Counted from the stretch's first letter, positions 46,979 to 56,608 are shown. The stretch: 64,000 nucleotides of DNA from Deltaproteobacteria bacterium (GCA_032128115.1 JAQBHB010000040.1:96001-160000); one strand, 5' to 3'. The notes: generated from the letters alone by a model not told the origin. Numbers and translations: made by a program.

Positions 46979-47848
46979 CTAGAGGATTCTGAAAAGGCCC
47001 CGCAGGATGTCGAGGAGACCCCCGGAGAAGCCGTCCCCGAAATCCCAACCCGATGCGTGTCGATGCTGGGCCTCTGCCCGTGCGAATCCCTGGTGGGCCC
47101 GGGTCTCGGCCGCGCTTCGCGGCTCGTGGTGGAGCAGGGGCGATGTCCCGCCCCCGCTCAGGATGAACCCCGCGATCTGCTCGAGCTCGTCTGCGTCGAG
47201 CCAGGTGCCGTGCTCGTTGCAGCAATCGATGATCACGCCCGAGGATCTGCGGAAGTTTCGGCGCAGCATGAAGGCCTCGCACTCGGGGCATTTGCGGTAT
47301 TCGACGCGCTGCGCGGCCGGATTGGCGCCGGTGGTCCGGGGCTTGAACTTCAACAACTCTGCCGGGTCCGCGTGGCTGCGGGCCTCGATGGCCTTGCTGA
47401 GCAGCAGGTCGAAGCTCTCGCCAGGCACCCAGAGACCGTTGCAGGTGCCGCACTCGTTGATGCCGACCCCGCCCACCTGGCGCGGCGGCATCAGCACGCT
47501 GCAAACCGGGCACGGGATCTCGTGTCCGTCGATTCGCACCGCCTCGGGGCGGAAGCAGACACCGCAGGCCGTACAGAAGCGCGACTCTTCGGCGTTGCGG
47601 GCGAAGCATTCGGGACAGATGAGGCTCAGTTGGCTCGCGTCGTGAACGATGGCCGAGCCGCAGAACGAGCAGGACTCGGCGTCGCCGGTCACCAGGGCGC
47701 CGCAGGCGCCGCAGCGCTGCACCTGGGCGTCGACTGGGTCGTGGCGCCGATTCTCCAGCGTCTCCCCGCAGCGGCAGGCGATGGTCTTGGCGATCACCTC
47801 GGAGACGTCGTATTGGGTGTGGCAGGTGGGGCAGGCGATCAGTCGCAT
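46979..47848 (-). CDS. Multi-zinc-ribbon protein (double zinc ribbon + zf-TFIIB-like)
   Basis: About ten CxxC/CxC motifs; CNGLW and HGTWLDADEL of TFIIB-type fingers. Confidence 0.82.
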   Translation of the reverse strand: MRLIACPTCHTQYDVSEVIAKTIACRCGETLENRRHDPVDAQVQRCGACGALVTGDAESCSFCGSAIVHDASQLSLICPECFARNAEESRFCTACGVCFRPEAVRIDGHEIPCPVCSVLMPPRQVGGVGINECGTCNGLWVPGESFDLLLSKAIEARSHADPAELLKFKPRTTGANPAAQRVEYRKCPECEAFMLRRNFRRSSGVIIDCCNEHGTWLDADELEQIAGFILSGGGTSPLLHHEPRSAAETRAHQGFARAEAQHRHASGWDFGDGFSGGLLDILRGLFRIL

Positions 47849-47942
47849 GCGGCGGAACCTCCCCCCCCCGTGTTCAGGGCCGGGGAGGCACCGGGGGATC
47901 ATCGGGCGGTCCGGGGCGCGACTTGATGCGGGCCTCTCGGGT

Positions 47943-49274
47943 TCAGGGGTCGAGGGCGTGGATGCTGTCCGACTCGACGACGGCGGCGTAGGCCGCCCGG
48001 ATGCGTCGGCGCGTTGCGGCGATCCGCTCCAGCAGATCGGGCCCGCTCTGCCCGCGTTCTACCAGCTCGGCTACCGCCGGAAGCATGTCGCTGCGCAGAT
48101 CGAGGGTCTCCAGGGGGCGCCCCCCCACCCAGCGGGTGCGGGCTTCCACGATCCGCAGCAGTCGCTGGTCGGCCAGCAGGCGGTCTACTCCGGGGCCGGG
48201 CGAGGCGGCCCTCAGCATGGCGGCGACACTCGGGTAGGCAGGAAAGGCTCCGGGCCCGCGCTCGAGCAGGGCGCCGCCGGCCAGGAAGTCCACATCCATC
48301 AGGCCCCCGGCTCCGGTCTTGAAGTCCACTTGCTCGGGTGAGACGCTGGCGCGTTCCGCAACCACGCGCTCGCGAAGCTCCGCCAGGTATTTCCAGGCGC
48401 GCCGCGGGTGGGCAAGCACCTGGCTGCGGGCGCTCGCCAGCACCGCCTGACCGGTTTCCAGGGCACCTGCGATGGCGCGGCCGCGGAGCAGCGCCACGTG
48501 CTCCCAGATCTCGGCGGTTTCCACCTCGTAATGCTCGAAGCTCTCGAACGAGGTGACGAGCGTTCCCTGCTGCCCGGACGGGCGCAGCCGGGTGTCCACG
48601 GGATACGCGACACCCGCCCCGGTCATGGTGGTGAGATAGGAGATCAGGCGCTGGCCCAGCCGGGACGCGGCGTCGATCCGATCGACGCCGCCCTGGTACA
48701 GGAAGATCAGATCCAGGTCCGAGTGGTACGTGAACTCGCGACCGGCCAGCTTCCCCATGGCCAGCACTGCGAAGCCCGAATCCGGCGCCGGGGCCGAGAT
48801 CTGGGCCAGATCGAGGGCCCGGCGCGTGATGGTCTCGGCCAGCACCGACAGGAAGTCGGAAACCCGCTCGAAGGGCACGAGCCCGCCCAGGTCGAGGCAG
48901 GCCGCCAGGCAGGTCTCCTCGCGGCGCAGCACGCGCAGGGCGTCGAGGTTGCCCTCCAGGTCGCCCGGCGCCGCAGCGCGGTTCGTGTCGATGTCGGCCC
49001 CGGTCGCGAGTTCGCGTGCGCGGGACGCGAGCGTGTCGGGGCCGGATTCGGCGATGCGTTCCAGCAGGGCGGGCCGGAAGCTCAAGAATCCGGACATCTC
49101 CGGCTGGGTAGCCAGCACCCGGGCCAGGCCCGAAAGCACCGGGCCCTCCAGGCGCGCGGCGGCGGCGTCGCCGGATCGCCGTTCGATCACCGGCGCCGCC
49201 GAAACGGTCAGACGCTCCAGGAGCGCGTTGTTCGCGAGTGCGGCCTCCAGGCGCTTCGCCAGGGATCGGCTCAC
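47943..49274 (-). CDS. glnE: GlnE C-terminal half (adenylyltransferase domain) as a separate gene
   Basis: GTG 49274 in a GTGA overlap; MGKLAGREFTYHSDLDLIFLY, VDTRLRPSG, WEHVALLRGR, DFKTGAGGLMDVDF; 443 aa. Confidence 0.82.
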   Translation of the reverse strand: MSRSLAKRLEAALANNALLERLTVSAAPVIERRSGDAAAARLEGPVLSGLARVLATQPEMSGFLSFRPALLERIAESGPDTLASRARELATGADIDTNRAAAPGDLEGNLDALRVLRREETCLAACLDLGGLVPFERVSDFLSVLAETITRRALDLAQISAPAPDSGFAVLAMGKLAGREFTYHSDLDLIFLYQGGVDRIDAASRLGQRLISYLTTMTGAGVAYPVDTRLRPSGQQGTLVTSFESFEHYEVETAEIWEHVALLRGRAIAGALETGQAVLASARSQVLAHPRRAWKYLAELRERVVAERASVSPEQVDFKTGAGGLMDVDFLAGGALLERGPGAFPAYPSVAAMLRAASPGPGVDRLLADQRLLRIVEARTRWVGGRPLETLDLRSDMLPAVAELVERGQSGPDLLERIAATRRRIRAAYAAVVESDSIHALDP

Positions 49275-50707
49275 TCGGGATCCTCGAGCACCAGGGCTTC
49301 GAAGTGGGTGCGTACCTCGTTGCGGGCGGCTGTCCAGTCTTCCAGCAGGCGGTCGCGGGCGCGTTCGCCCTGGGCGTCCGCATATCCCAGACGCCGCGCC
49401 AGGGCGATCTGGACCTGGCGATTGCGCGGGAATGCGGCGGTCTGCTGCTCCTCGGGAAGCTGCACCGCGTGTTCGGCGCGGCGCAACCACAGATAGGCGT
49501 TCGACAGGGCGAAGGCCACGTCGGCGGGAAGCTGTCCGCCTCGCGCCAACGCTGCCAGGGCGTCGAAGACGTTTCCGGTTCGCAGCTGCGGGTGGCGGCC
49601 GCCGTAGAAGAGCTGCAGCGATTGGGTCAGGAATTCCACGTCGCGGATGCCGCCGGGGCCCTCCTTCAGGTCGGCCTCCAGATCGCGGCCGGCCTGCCGT
49701 CGCTCCAGCTCGATGCGGTCTTTCATGGCGCGCACGTTGCGCATGACGCCTGGATCGATGGAAGTGCGGTAGACGAATGGCGCGATGGCGTCGGCGAACG
49801 CCCGGGCGTCTGCGGTCGGACCCGCCACGGGCCGCAGCCGGATCAGCATCTGACGCTCCCACTCGGCGCCGAAGCTGGCGTAGTAGTCGAGCGCGGCATC
49901 CACGGGAACGGCCAGCGCGCCCGAGTGTCCCTCGGGACGCAGCTCCAGGTCGACGCGATATGCGAAACCTTCCGGGGTCGGGGCCTCCATTCGCGTCTTG
50001 AGGTGGGAGACCAGGCGCCCGATCGCCCGGTTCTGTTCCAGGGGATCGTCCAGGTCCAGGTCGTCGTAGACGAACAGCAGATCCACGTCCGACGAGAAGT
50101 TGAGTTCGCGGCCTCCGAGCTTGCCCAGGGCCAGGAGCGCCGGTGTGCGGGCTCCGGTTTCGCGGGCGGCGCACTCCAACGCGGCCACCAGACAGCGATC
50201 CGCCAGGTCCGAGAGCTCGCGCAGGCTGTCGCTGAAGGCGCGCCCGGTCAGATCCCGGGCCGCGATCCGAAGCAGCGCGCGATACTTTGCCAGGCGGATC
50301 GCGCTCCAGTCCGCCTCCACCGGGTCGTCAGCCGGCGGCGCCGGCGTTTTTCCGTCCAGGAGTTCGACCCAGTCCGGGTTCCGCAGGAGCAGGCGCGTCA
50401 GGAAGTTGCTGGAACCGAGTACCACCGGAAGTACGGGGCAGCCCACGAGATCCAGGGGCGGCGCGCCCGACTCCCTTCGGCGTTGCGCCAGGTCGGCCAA
50501 CGCCTGGGCCCCGAAGCCGGGACGCGCCGTGGCGAGCAGGCTTGGAACCCAGTGGGGCAGGGCGTCCGCCAGGTCCGGGTCCCGGGCGGCGCGCAGGAAG
50601 GCGTCGGCCGCGCCCTTGGGATCGGGTTCGCCCAGGATCTGCAGGCTCTCGGGATCGGGTTCGGACCGCTCCAGGCGGGACCGGAAGGCTTGGGCCAGCG
50701 CGTGCAT
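49271..50707 (-). CDS. glnE: GlnE N-terminal half (adenylyl-removase domain) as a separate gene
   Basis: LGKLGGRELNFSSDVDL, YRVDLELRPEG, WERQMLIRLR, LKEGPGGIRDVEF, AYLWLRRAEH; 478 aa. Confidence 0.85.
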   Translation of the reverse strand: MHALAQAFRSRLERSEPDPESLQILGEPDPKGAADAFLRAARDPDLADALPHWVPSLLATARPGFGAQALADLAQRRRESGAPPLDLVGCPVLPVVLGSSNFLTRLLLRNPDWVELLDGKTPAPPADDPVEADWSAIRLAKYRALLRIAARDLTGRAFSDSLRELSDLADRCLVAALECAARETGARTPALLALGKLGGRELNFSSDVDLLFVYDDLDLDDPLEQNRAIGRLVSHLKTRMEAPTPEGFAYRVDLELRPEGHSGALAVPVDAALDYYASFGAEWERQMLIRLRPVAGPTADARAFADAIAPFVYRTSIDPGVMRNVRAMKDRIELERRQAGRDLEADLKEGPGGIRDVEFLTQSLQLFYGGRHPQLRTGNVFDALAALARGGQLPADVAFALSNAYLWLRRAEHAVQLPEEQQTAAFPRNRQVQIALARRLGYADAQGERARDRLLEDWTAARNEVRTHFEALVLEDPE

Positions 50708-50741
50708 GGGCCGACCTAGGGTAGACGCTCCGCGATCGAAG

Positions 50742-51872
50742 TCAGGAGTCGTCGATCAGGCGCCGCAGCGAGTCCAGGTTCGCCCGCACGTCCGGGGGTA
50801 CGAAGGAGCCCTGGCTTCCCGTGTAGCCGGAGATCACGAATTCTTCCAGCAGCTCGTACGCGGCCTCGGCATGCGGGCCCGCGGGATCGAGCCGGATGGC
50901 CGTCTCCAGGTAGAACTCGGTTTGCGAGAGCCAGAACGAACGTCCCACCCGCGACTCGATCAGACCCAGCAGGGCGTAGGCCTCGGCCCGCTCGGAATCG
51001 CTGCGGAGCGGCGGAGCGGCCACGAAGCGGTGCAGCAGACTCGATGCCGCCACGTATTCCACCAGGGCGTTGCGATCATCGGGAAATCGTTTGCGATCCT
51101 CGGCGCCATCCAGGAGCGCTCGGGCCACGGCGATGTCCGGTTCCGGGAGGCCGCGTTTCTCGAGCCGGTGAAGCGATTCGATCCAGGCGCCCAGATGGGT
51201 GCGCAGGGGGCGCGACACGTCGGACCGCTTGGCGACCTTCTCGAAGACGCGAGCGGGCCGCTCGGGATCGCGTTTGGTCCGGAGACACAGCTCCAGGTAG
51301 CCGTCGAAGTGGCCCAGCAGATCGAGCTCGACGGGCGAGACCTCCGGCGACAGGAAGAGCGTTTCGTAGCTCTCGAGTGCGGGTTCGAACTGGCGAGTGG
51401 CCACTTCCAGGATCAGGCGCTCTTCCGGAGGCAGTCCGGCGATTGCGGACGACTCGACGAACTCGCGCCCGCGCGGGTAGTCGCGATCCTTGGGTAGCCG
51501 CGAGTGGCACTCGACGCAGTTGTCCACCAGGCGATGGAGCAGGAATCGGGCCTGGGAGATCTCCCCCAACGCGAACCGCGCACGGGCCTCGGCGGTGTCG
51601 CGGGCAAGGGAGCGGCTGAGGAACACGAAGCTGGCTTCGCGCTGGCGGCCGTGGTCTTTCAGGCGCGCCCCGTTCTCGGCCAGGGTGGTGAGCGCGGCCA
51701 GGATCGCCTCGCGCTGGGCGGGATTTGCGAACTCCTCTTCGCTCAGGCTCAGGGGCAGCAGGAAGCGCACGGTCTCGAAGATCTCGCCCATGTTGGCGCG
51801 CGTTTCCCGGTCGCCAGCTGCGGGCGCTGCCCAGAGCAGGACGAAGACGAACGCGGCGAGGCGCCTGGCCAT
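50742..51872 (-). CDS. Secreted monoheme c-type cytochrome with a helical/TPR-like C-terminus
   Basis: Signal peptide MARRLAAFVFVLLWAAPAAG; CVECH after a helical region. Confidence 0.72.
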   Translation of the reverse strand: MARRLAAFVFVLLWAAPAAGDRETRANMGEIFETVRFLLPLSLSEEEFANPAQREAILAALTTLAENGARLKDHGRQREASFVFLSRSLARDTAEARARFALGEISQARFLLHRLVDNCVECHSRLPKDRDYPRGREFVESSAIAGLPPEERLILEVATRQFEPALESYETLFLSPEVSPVELDLLGHFDGYLELCLRTKRDPERPARVFEKVAKRSDVSRPLRTHLGAWIESLHRLEKRGLPEPDIAVARALLDGAEDRKRFPDDRNALVEYVAASSLLHRFVAAPPLRSDSERAEAYALLGLIESRVGRSFWLSQTEFYLETAIRLDPAGPHAEAAYELLEEFVISGYTGSQGSFVPPDVRANLDSLRRLIDDS

Positions 51873-51913
51873 CGGATTCACGCACACCCTCCGGTTTTCG
51901 GTTCTCCCGACTC

Positions 51914-51929
51914 CGCAGGATCTGTGCCA
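51914..51929 (-). promoter_or_regulatory. sigma54 promoter (cytochrome c gene)
   Basis: TGGCAC-AGATC-CTGCG. Confidence 0.75.
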
Positions 51930-51966
51930 ACGATGCGCCGGTGTGGCGGCGCGCGGGTCGGTGAGG

Positions 51967-52003
51967 TGGGGAATGCTGGTGCATGTCGGGGCCAATTGCT
52001 ACA
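51967..52003. promoter_or_regulatory. Two degenerate YGGGG-N7 activator-site copies between divergent sigma54 promoters
   Basis: tgggg-aatgctg-gtgca and cgggg-ccaattg-ctaca; left arms match the palindromes at 57660, 61511, 61532 and 62944. Confidence 0.45.
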
Positions 52004-52044
52004 GACCAGCTCTCGCCGGGGCATGAGCGAACCGTTTCGGTTTC

Positions 52045-52060
52045 TGGCACCGTTCGTGCA
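52045..52060 (+). promoter_or_regulatory. sigma54 promoter (USP gene)
   Basis: TGGCAC-CGTTC-GTGCA. Confidence 0.75.
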
Positions 52061-52093
52061 CCGTCGAGGGAGCGGTGGATCAAGGGGGAAGTG

Positions 52094-52540
52094 ATGCAAC
52101 CGATTCGAAAGATCCTGGTCGCGGTCGACTTCTCCGAGCACTCGGAGCTGGTGGTCGATGCCGCCCTCGAGATGGCCCGGAAGTTCGGGGCCGAGTTGGA
52201 CGTGGTGCATGCCATCCACCTCCCGGTTCCCGTGGCCGTGCCCTACGGCATCACCATGCCCACCACCTACCTGAACGAGGCGCGCAAGGCTGCGGGGCAG
52301 AGGCTTCAGGCCGTGGCAGACCGGATCCGGGAGCAGGGAATCACGGGAGGGGCCCACTTGCGCGAGGTGCCCGCCGCGCCCTCGATCGTGGAGACGGCCG
52401 AGGAGATCGGGGCGGATCTGATCGTGATGGGAACCCACGGCCACACGGGCCTGAAACACGTGGTGCTTGGCAGCGTGGCCGAGCGGACCCTGCGCACGGC
52501 GCCCTGCTCGGTCCTGACGGTGAAGGGACCGCGCGGCTGA
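52094..52540 (+). CDS. Universal stress protein
   Basis: KILVAVDFS, ADLIVMGTHG, LGSVAE, APCSVLTV. Confidence 0.93.
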   Translation: MQPIRKILVAVDFSEHSELVVDAALEMARKFGAELDVVHAIHLPVPVAVPYGITMPTTYLNEARKAAGQRLQAVADRIREQGITGGAHLREVPAAPSIVETAEEIGADLIVMGTHGHTGLKHVVLGSVAERTLRTAPCSVLTVKGPRG

Positions 52541-52569
52541 GCGCGACTCCAGGGCTCGTGGCGGCGGCG

Positions 52570-52851
52570 TCAGGGTTCGTCGCGGTCATGAAGCAGCTGG
52601 CGCAGTGCCTCCTGGGTGCGACTCTGGAGCGCGATCAGGCGGCCTCGCAGTCGCAGCACCACCTGGACTCCGGCCGCGTTCACGCCCAGTTCGCGCACCA
52701 GATGCACGGCCACGCGCAGTTCTTCGCACTCGACGGCGCTCAGCTCGTCCGATTCGAACAGGCCCTCGGCGCGCAGCAGCCGCAGGACCTCGCGGTCGTC
52801 CACGCCCAGGAAGCGAAGCACCTCCTCGATGCGCACGGGGCCCGTCATCAC
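52570..52851 (-). CDS. cbpM: CbpM-like chaperone modulator (MerR-like)
   Basis: LRVAVHLVRELGVNAAGVQVVLRLR; directly downstream of the CbpA-like gene. Confidence 0.72.
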   Translation of the reverse strand: MMTGPVRIEEVLRFLGVDDREVLRLLRAEGLFESDELSAVECEELRVAVHLVRELGVNAAGVQVVLRLRGRLIALQSRTQEALRQLLHDRDEP

Positions 52852-53810
52852 CGCAGGTCCTTGCGGAGGTCTTCCGGATCCAGCTCCGCCAGCTCCCGGA
52901 ATTTGGCCCGAGCCTCGTCGGTAAGCGTTCGCGGCACCCGGATCTGGACCGTTACCAGCAGATCGCCGGGAGGGCCGCCCGCCGGATCGGGCACGCCTTT
53001 GCCGCGCAGACGCAGGACCTGACCGCTGTCGGTGCTCTCGGGCACCGTGACCGTGGCGCGTCCCGAAAGGGTGGGCACCTCGATCTGCGCGCCCAGGACT
53101 GCTTCGCTGACTCCGATGGGGATCGTCGCATGCAGGTTGCGGCCTTCGCGCCGGAAGACCGGGTGGGGTCGCACGCGCACCGTCAGGTACAGGTCGCCAG
53201 GGCGGCCGTTGGCGCTCTCCGCCCCCTTGCCCGCCAGGCGGATTCGCCCCCCGTCGGCGACACCGGCCGGGATCCGTACGCTGAGCCGTTGCGAGCGGAC
53301 GCTGCCGTCTGCCGCCGGCCGGGAGAAGCTGATCGGGTGCTCACCGCCGCGGGCGGCGTCCAGGAAGTCGAGCTCCAGGCTCGCCTCCAGGTCGGCGCCG
53401 CGCCGTACGCGCTCGCGGCCTTCCCGCCGTGTGAACAGGCGTCCGAACATGTCGTCCAGGTCGCCGAACGAGAATTCTCCGCCAGGGCCGAAGTGGGAGG
53501 CGGCGTCCCCGTCTGTGCCGAAACGCGCGCCAAAGCTTTCTCTCGCGCGGCGCGCGGCTTCCGGGTCGAAGCCCGATTCCAGCGAGATCTGGCCGAACTC
53601 GTCGTAGTTGCGTCGTTTCCCCGCATCCGACAACACGGAGTAGGCGGCCGAGATCTCCTTGAAGCGCTCCTCGGCGGCGTCGTCGCCCGGGTTCACGTCC
53701 GGGTGGAACTTGCGCGCAAGCACGCGATAGGCCTTGCGGATGGCGTCGGCGTCGGCGCTTCGGTCGACACCGAGTGTCGCGTAGAGATCTTGATCGGGGC
53801 GATCGCTCAT
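52848..53810 (-). CDS. cbpA: Class II DnaJ-family co-chaperone (CbpA-like)
   Basis: J-domain with HPD, G/F-rich linker, DnaJ C-terminal domain, no Zn finger. Confidence 0.85.
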   Translation of the reverse strand: MSDRPDQDLYATLGVDRSADADAIRKAYRVLARKFHPDVNPGDDAAEERFKEISAAYSVLSDAGKRRNYDEFGQISLESGFDPEAARRARESFGARFGTDGDAASHFGPGGEFSFGDLDDMFGRLFTRREGRERVRRGADLEASLELDFLDAARGGEHPISFSRPAADGSVRSQRLSVRIPAGVADGGRIRLAGKGAESANGRPGDLYLTVRVRPHPVFRREGRNLHATIPIGVSEAVLGAQIEVPTLSGRATVTVPESTDSGQVLRLRGKGVPDPAGGPPGDLLVTVQIRVPRTLTDEARAKFRELAELDPEDLRKDLR

Positions 53811-53896
53811 GTTCCGACTCCGCCTATGAGTAGCGAATCGACCACCCGTTTGGCGCGGGCCTCGGCCTCCGTCATGCTTCGAACGGGAGCGCATGC

Positions 53897-54455
53897 ATGC
53901 GCGCGATGCTGCTCGAGGCGGCCGGCGGGATCCTGCACGAGCGGGACCTCCCGGAGCCTGCGCCCGGACCGGGGCAGCTGTTGGTTCGGGTCCAGACGTG
54001 TGGGGTGTGTCGCAGCGATCTTCACGTGATGGACGGCGACCTGTCGGATCCGAAGCTGCCGCTCGGGACGCGAGAATCTCTGCGATCAGGCGCTCTACAC
54101 CGGGTATCAGATCGATGGGGGCTTCGCCGAGGCCTGCACCGCAGACGCGCGCTTCTGCTTTCCGATCCCCGACGGCTACGACGACCTGCAGGCGGCGCCA
54201 CTCCTGTGCGCCGGGCTGATCGGATTTCGTGCGCTTCGCATGGCCGGGGACGCGCGGCCACCGGTGGAGCTGGACGCCGCCATCGTGTTCGCTCCGGTGG
54301 GCGACCTGGTTCCCGTGGCCCTCCGCGCCGTGGCCAAGGCGGGCGTGGTGGTGTGCGCGGGCGTCTATCCCCAGGCGGACACGAACCCCGCCCTGGACGA
54401 TCTCCGCCACGGCCGCTTGCGCGGAGCCGCGGTGATCCGCGTCGGACCCTGCTGA
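53897..54455 (+). pseudogene. Zinc-dependent alcohol dehydrogenase remnant with three internal deletions
   Basis: Four collinear blocks: ..CGVCRSDLH..PKLPL | GRENLC..APLLCAGLIGFRALRMAGDAR | PPVELDAAIVFAPVG..VVCAG | VYP..RLRGAAV; GHE, the structural-Zn cysteines and the Rossmann glycine motif are missing. Confidence 0.88.
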
Positions 54456-54622
54456 CAAGATCTCCGCTCCTGCGCGCCCGATCGGCCCCAGTTGCCTGGG
54501 GGCTGCCGATGGCCGGATCCCACCCCACGAAAAATTGCGCAACCCGATCTCCCCTGCCGTGTTCGATTCCGTGAGCGGCAGGGGCCGCACCAAGTCACGA
54601 ATCGGGAGACGGGAGAGAGACA

Positions 54623-54940
54623 ATGAAGAAGATCGGATTTTTCGCGGTTGGGTTCGCGCTGGCCTTTGCCAGCGTGGGGACGGCTTTGGCGAACGTGGAA
54701 GAGCGCTTGGACGCCAAGGGCGATCGCATCGAGCAGCACCTGGACGTGAAGGGCGACCGCATCGATGCCCGGCTGGACCGCAAGGCCGCACGTGCCGAGG
54801 AAGCCGGGCGCGACAAGCTGGCCGCGCGCCTGGACGCCAAGGGCGATCGAATCGACAACCGGCTCGACCGCAAGGGCAACCGGATCGACAACAAGCTCGA
54901 CCGACGCGGCCGCCGCATCTCGAAGCGCCGGGGCGATTGA
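54623..54940 (+). CDS. Small secreted protein with 11-residue RLDxKGDRI repeats
   Basis: Signal peptide MKKIGFFAVGFALAFASVGTALA; six 11-mer repeats. Confidence 0.85.
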   Translation: MKKIGFFAVGFALAFASVGTALANVEERLDAKGDRIEQHLDVKGDRIDARLDRKAARAEEAGRDKLAARLDAKGDRIDNRLDRKGNRIDNKLDRRGRRISKRRGD

Positions 54941-55132
54941 CCCGCGCGAAGTCGAAATCGGAAGACCGGAGCAAGGCCCGAGGCGGCGACCGTCCCACGC
55001 GGACGGGCGCCGTTCTCGTTTCGAGGGGGGTGATTCCGGATCGATTGGCGCGGGCGGGGGGCTTCGCGTCACACTGCATGCTCGCCGGGGAGGCACTCGC
55101 AGGCGTAAAGCGCAACGGCCGGGGGGGGGCGA

Positions 55133-56608
55133 GTGGGGACCCACATCGACCGGGATCACTTCGCCGATGCCGACCATGCGCGCTTCGCCGAGCGACTGGA
55201 GAAGGGGCTGGTGGCGTTGCGCGAGCTGCTGGAACGGCCCGGCTTCGGCGGGGGCCCGCCCACGATCGGGGCCGAGCTCGAGCTGTCGCTCGTGGATGGG
55301 TGTGGGCGCCCGCTGCCCCTCAACGACCGGGTCCTGGCCGAGACGGCCGACCCGCGCATGACCTTCGAACTCGACCGCTTCAATCTCGAGTGCAACCTGC
55401 GTCACGGCCCGCTCGCGGGTCGCCCGTTCGCCGCCCTGCGAACAGAGTTTGAGAGCGCCCTGTCGGAGGTCAGGCGCGCGGCGGGCTGCCACGGTGGGCG
55501 TGTGGCGCTGGTGGGCATCCTGCCCACGCTGCGTCGCCGCGACATCCAGGCGTCGGCCATGACGGATGTGCCGCGTTACCGGGCGCTCGCAGCCGCATTG
55601 CAGCGCCAGCGCCGCGAGCCCTTCCACGTGCGCATCGATGGCGAGGATCCCCTGGAGATCTCCTGCGACGACGTAACCTTCGAGGGCGCCAATACCTCCC
55701 TGCAGGTGCATCTTCGCGTCGATCCCAGCGCGTTCGCTCGCACCTACAACGCGGTGCAGATGATCACGGCGCCCCTGGTGGCCGCCTCTGCCAACTCGCC
55801 CACCTTCCTGGGCCATCGCCTCTGGCACGAGACGCGCGTGGCACTGTTCAAGCAATCGGTGGACAGTCGTCGCGCCGAGGGTCGCGTGTCGCGGGTCTCG
55901 TTCGGCACGGGTTGGGTGCGCGAGGGCGCCTTCGAGATCTTCCGGGAGAACGCGAAACTCCACGAGCCGCTGCTCCCGGTGATTGGCGACGAGGATTCTC
56001 TCGCGTGTGTGCGGGCCGGGGGGGTGCCGGCCCTTCACGAGGTTCGCCTGCACCAGGGCACGGTCTGGGACTGGAACCGGGTCATCTACGATCCCGCCGA
56101 CGGCGGACACCTGCGTATCGAGGTGCGGGCCCTGCCGTCGGGGCCGGGCCCGCTGGACATGCTGGCGAACATCGCGTTCCTGGTGGGGGCGAGCCGGGCC
56201 CTGGCCGACGACGGCGGGGTGTGGACGCAGGCCTTCCCGTTCGAGGTGGCCCACGACAACTTCTACCGCAGCGCGCAGTTCGGTCTGGACGCGACCCTGC
56301 ACTGGCCGTGCGAGCCCGGTGGGCCTTGCTCGCCGGTGCGGGCGGGCGACCTGTTGCTGGATCTGTTGCCCCGAGCGCGCCAGGGGCTGGCGCGCGCCGG
56401 CATCGAGCCGGAGGACAGCGACCCGCTGCTCAGCCTTCTCGAAGCGCGGGTGCGCAAGGGGCGCACCGGCTCGGTCTGGCAGCGCCTGGTGCTCGACGCA
56501 CTGGAGCCCAAGTGCGGGCGCGACGAAGCCCTCACCCGGATGCTCGAGCGCTATCTGGACTGCAGCGAGTCGGGCGAGCCCGTTCATCGCTGGCCGGAGG
56601 GCACCTGA
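55133..56608 (+). CDS. Glutamate-cysteine ligase family 2 (GCS2) carboxylate-amine ligase
   Basis: IGAELEL, ELDRFNLE, EGANTSLQVH, ANSP, ETR, WNR, LRIEVRALPSGP. Confidence 0.88.
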   Translation: MGTHIDRDHFADADHARFAERLEKGLVALRELLERPGFGGGPPTIGAELELSLVDGCGRPLPLNDRVLAETADPRMTFELDRFNLECNLRHGPLAGRPFAALRTEFESALSEVRRAAGCHGGRVALVGILPTLRRRDIQASAMTDVPRYRALAAALQRQRREPFHVRIDGEDPLEISCDDVTFEGANTSLQVHLRVDPSAFARTYNAVQMITAPLVAASANSPTFLGHRLWHETRVALFKQSVDSRRAEGRVSRVSFGTGWVREGAFEIFRENAKLHEPLLPVIGDEDSLACVRAGGVPALHEVRLHQGTVWDWNRVIYDPADGGHLRIEVRALPSGPGPLDMLANIAFLVGASRALADDGGVWTQAFPFEVAHDNFYRSAQFGLDATLHWPCEPGGPCSPVRAGDLLLDLLPRARQGLARAGIEPEDSDPLLSLLEARVRKGRTGSVWQRLVLDALEPKCGRDEALTRMLERYLDCSESGEPVHRWPEGT

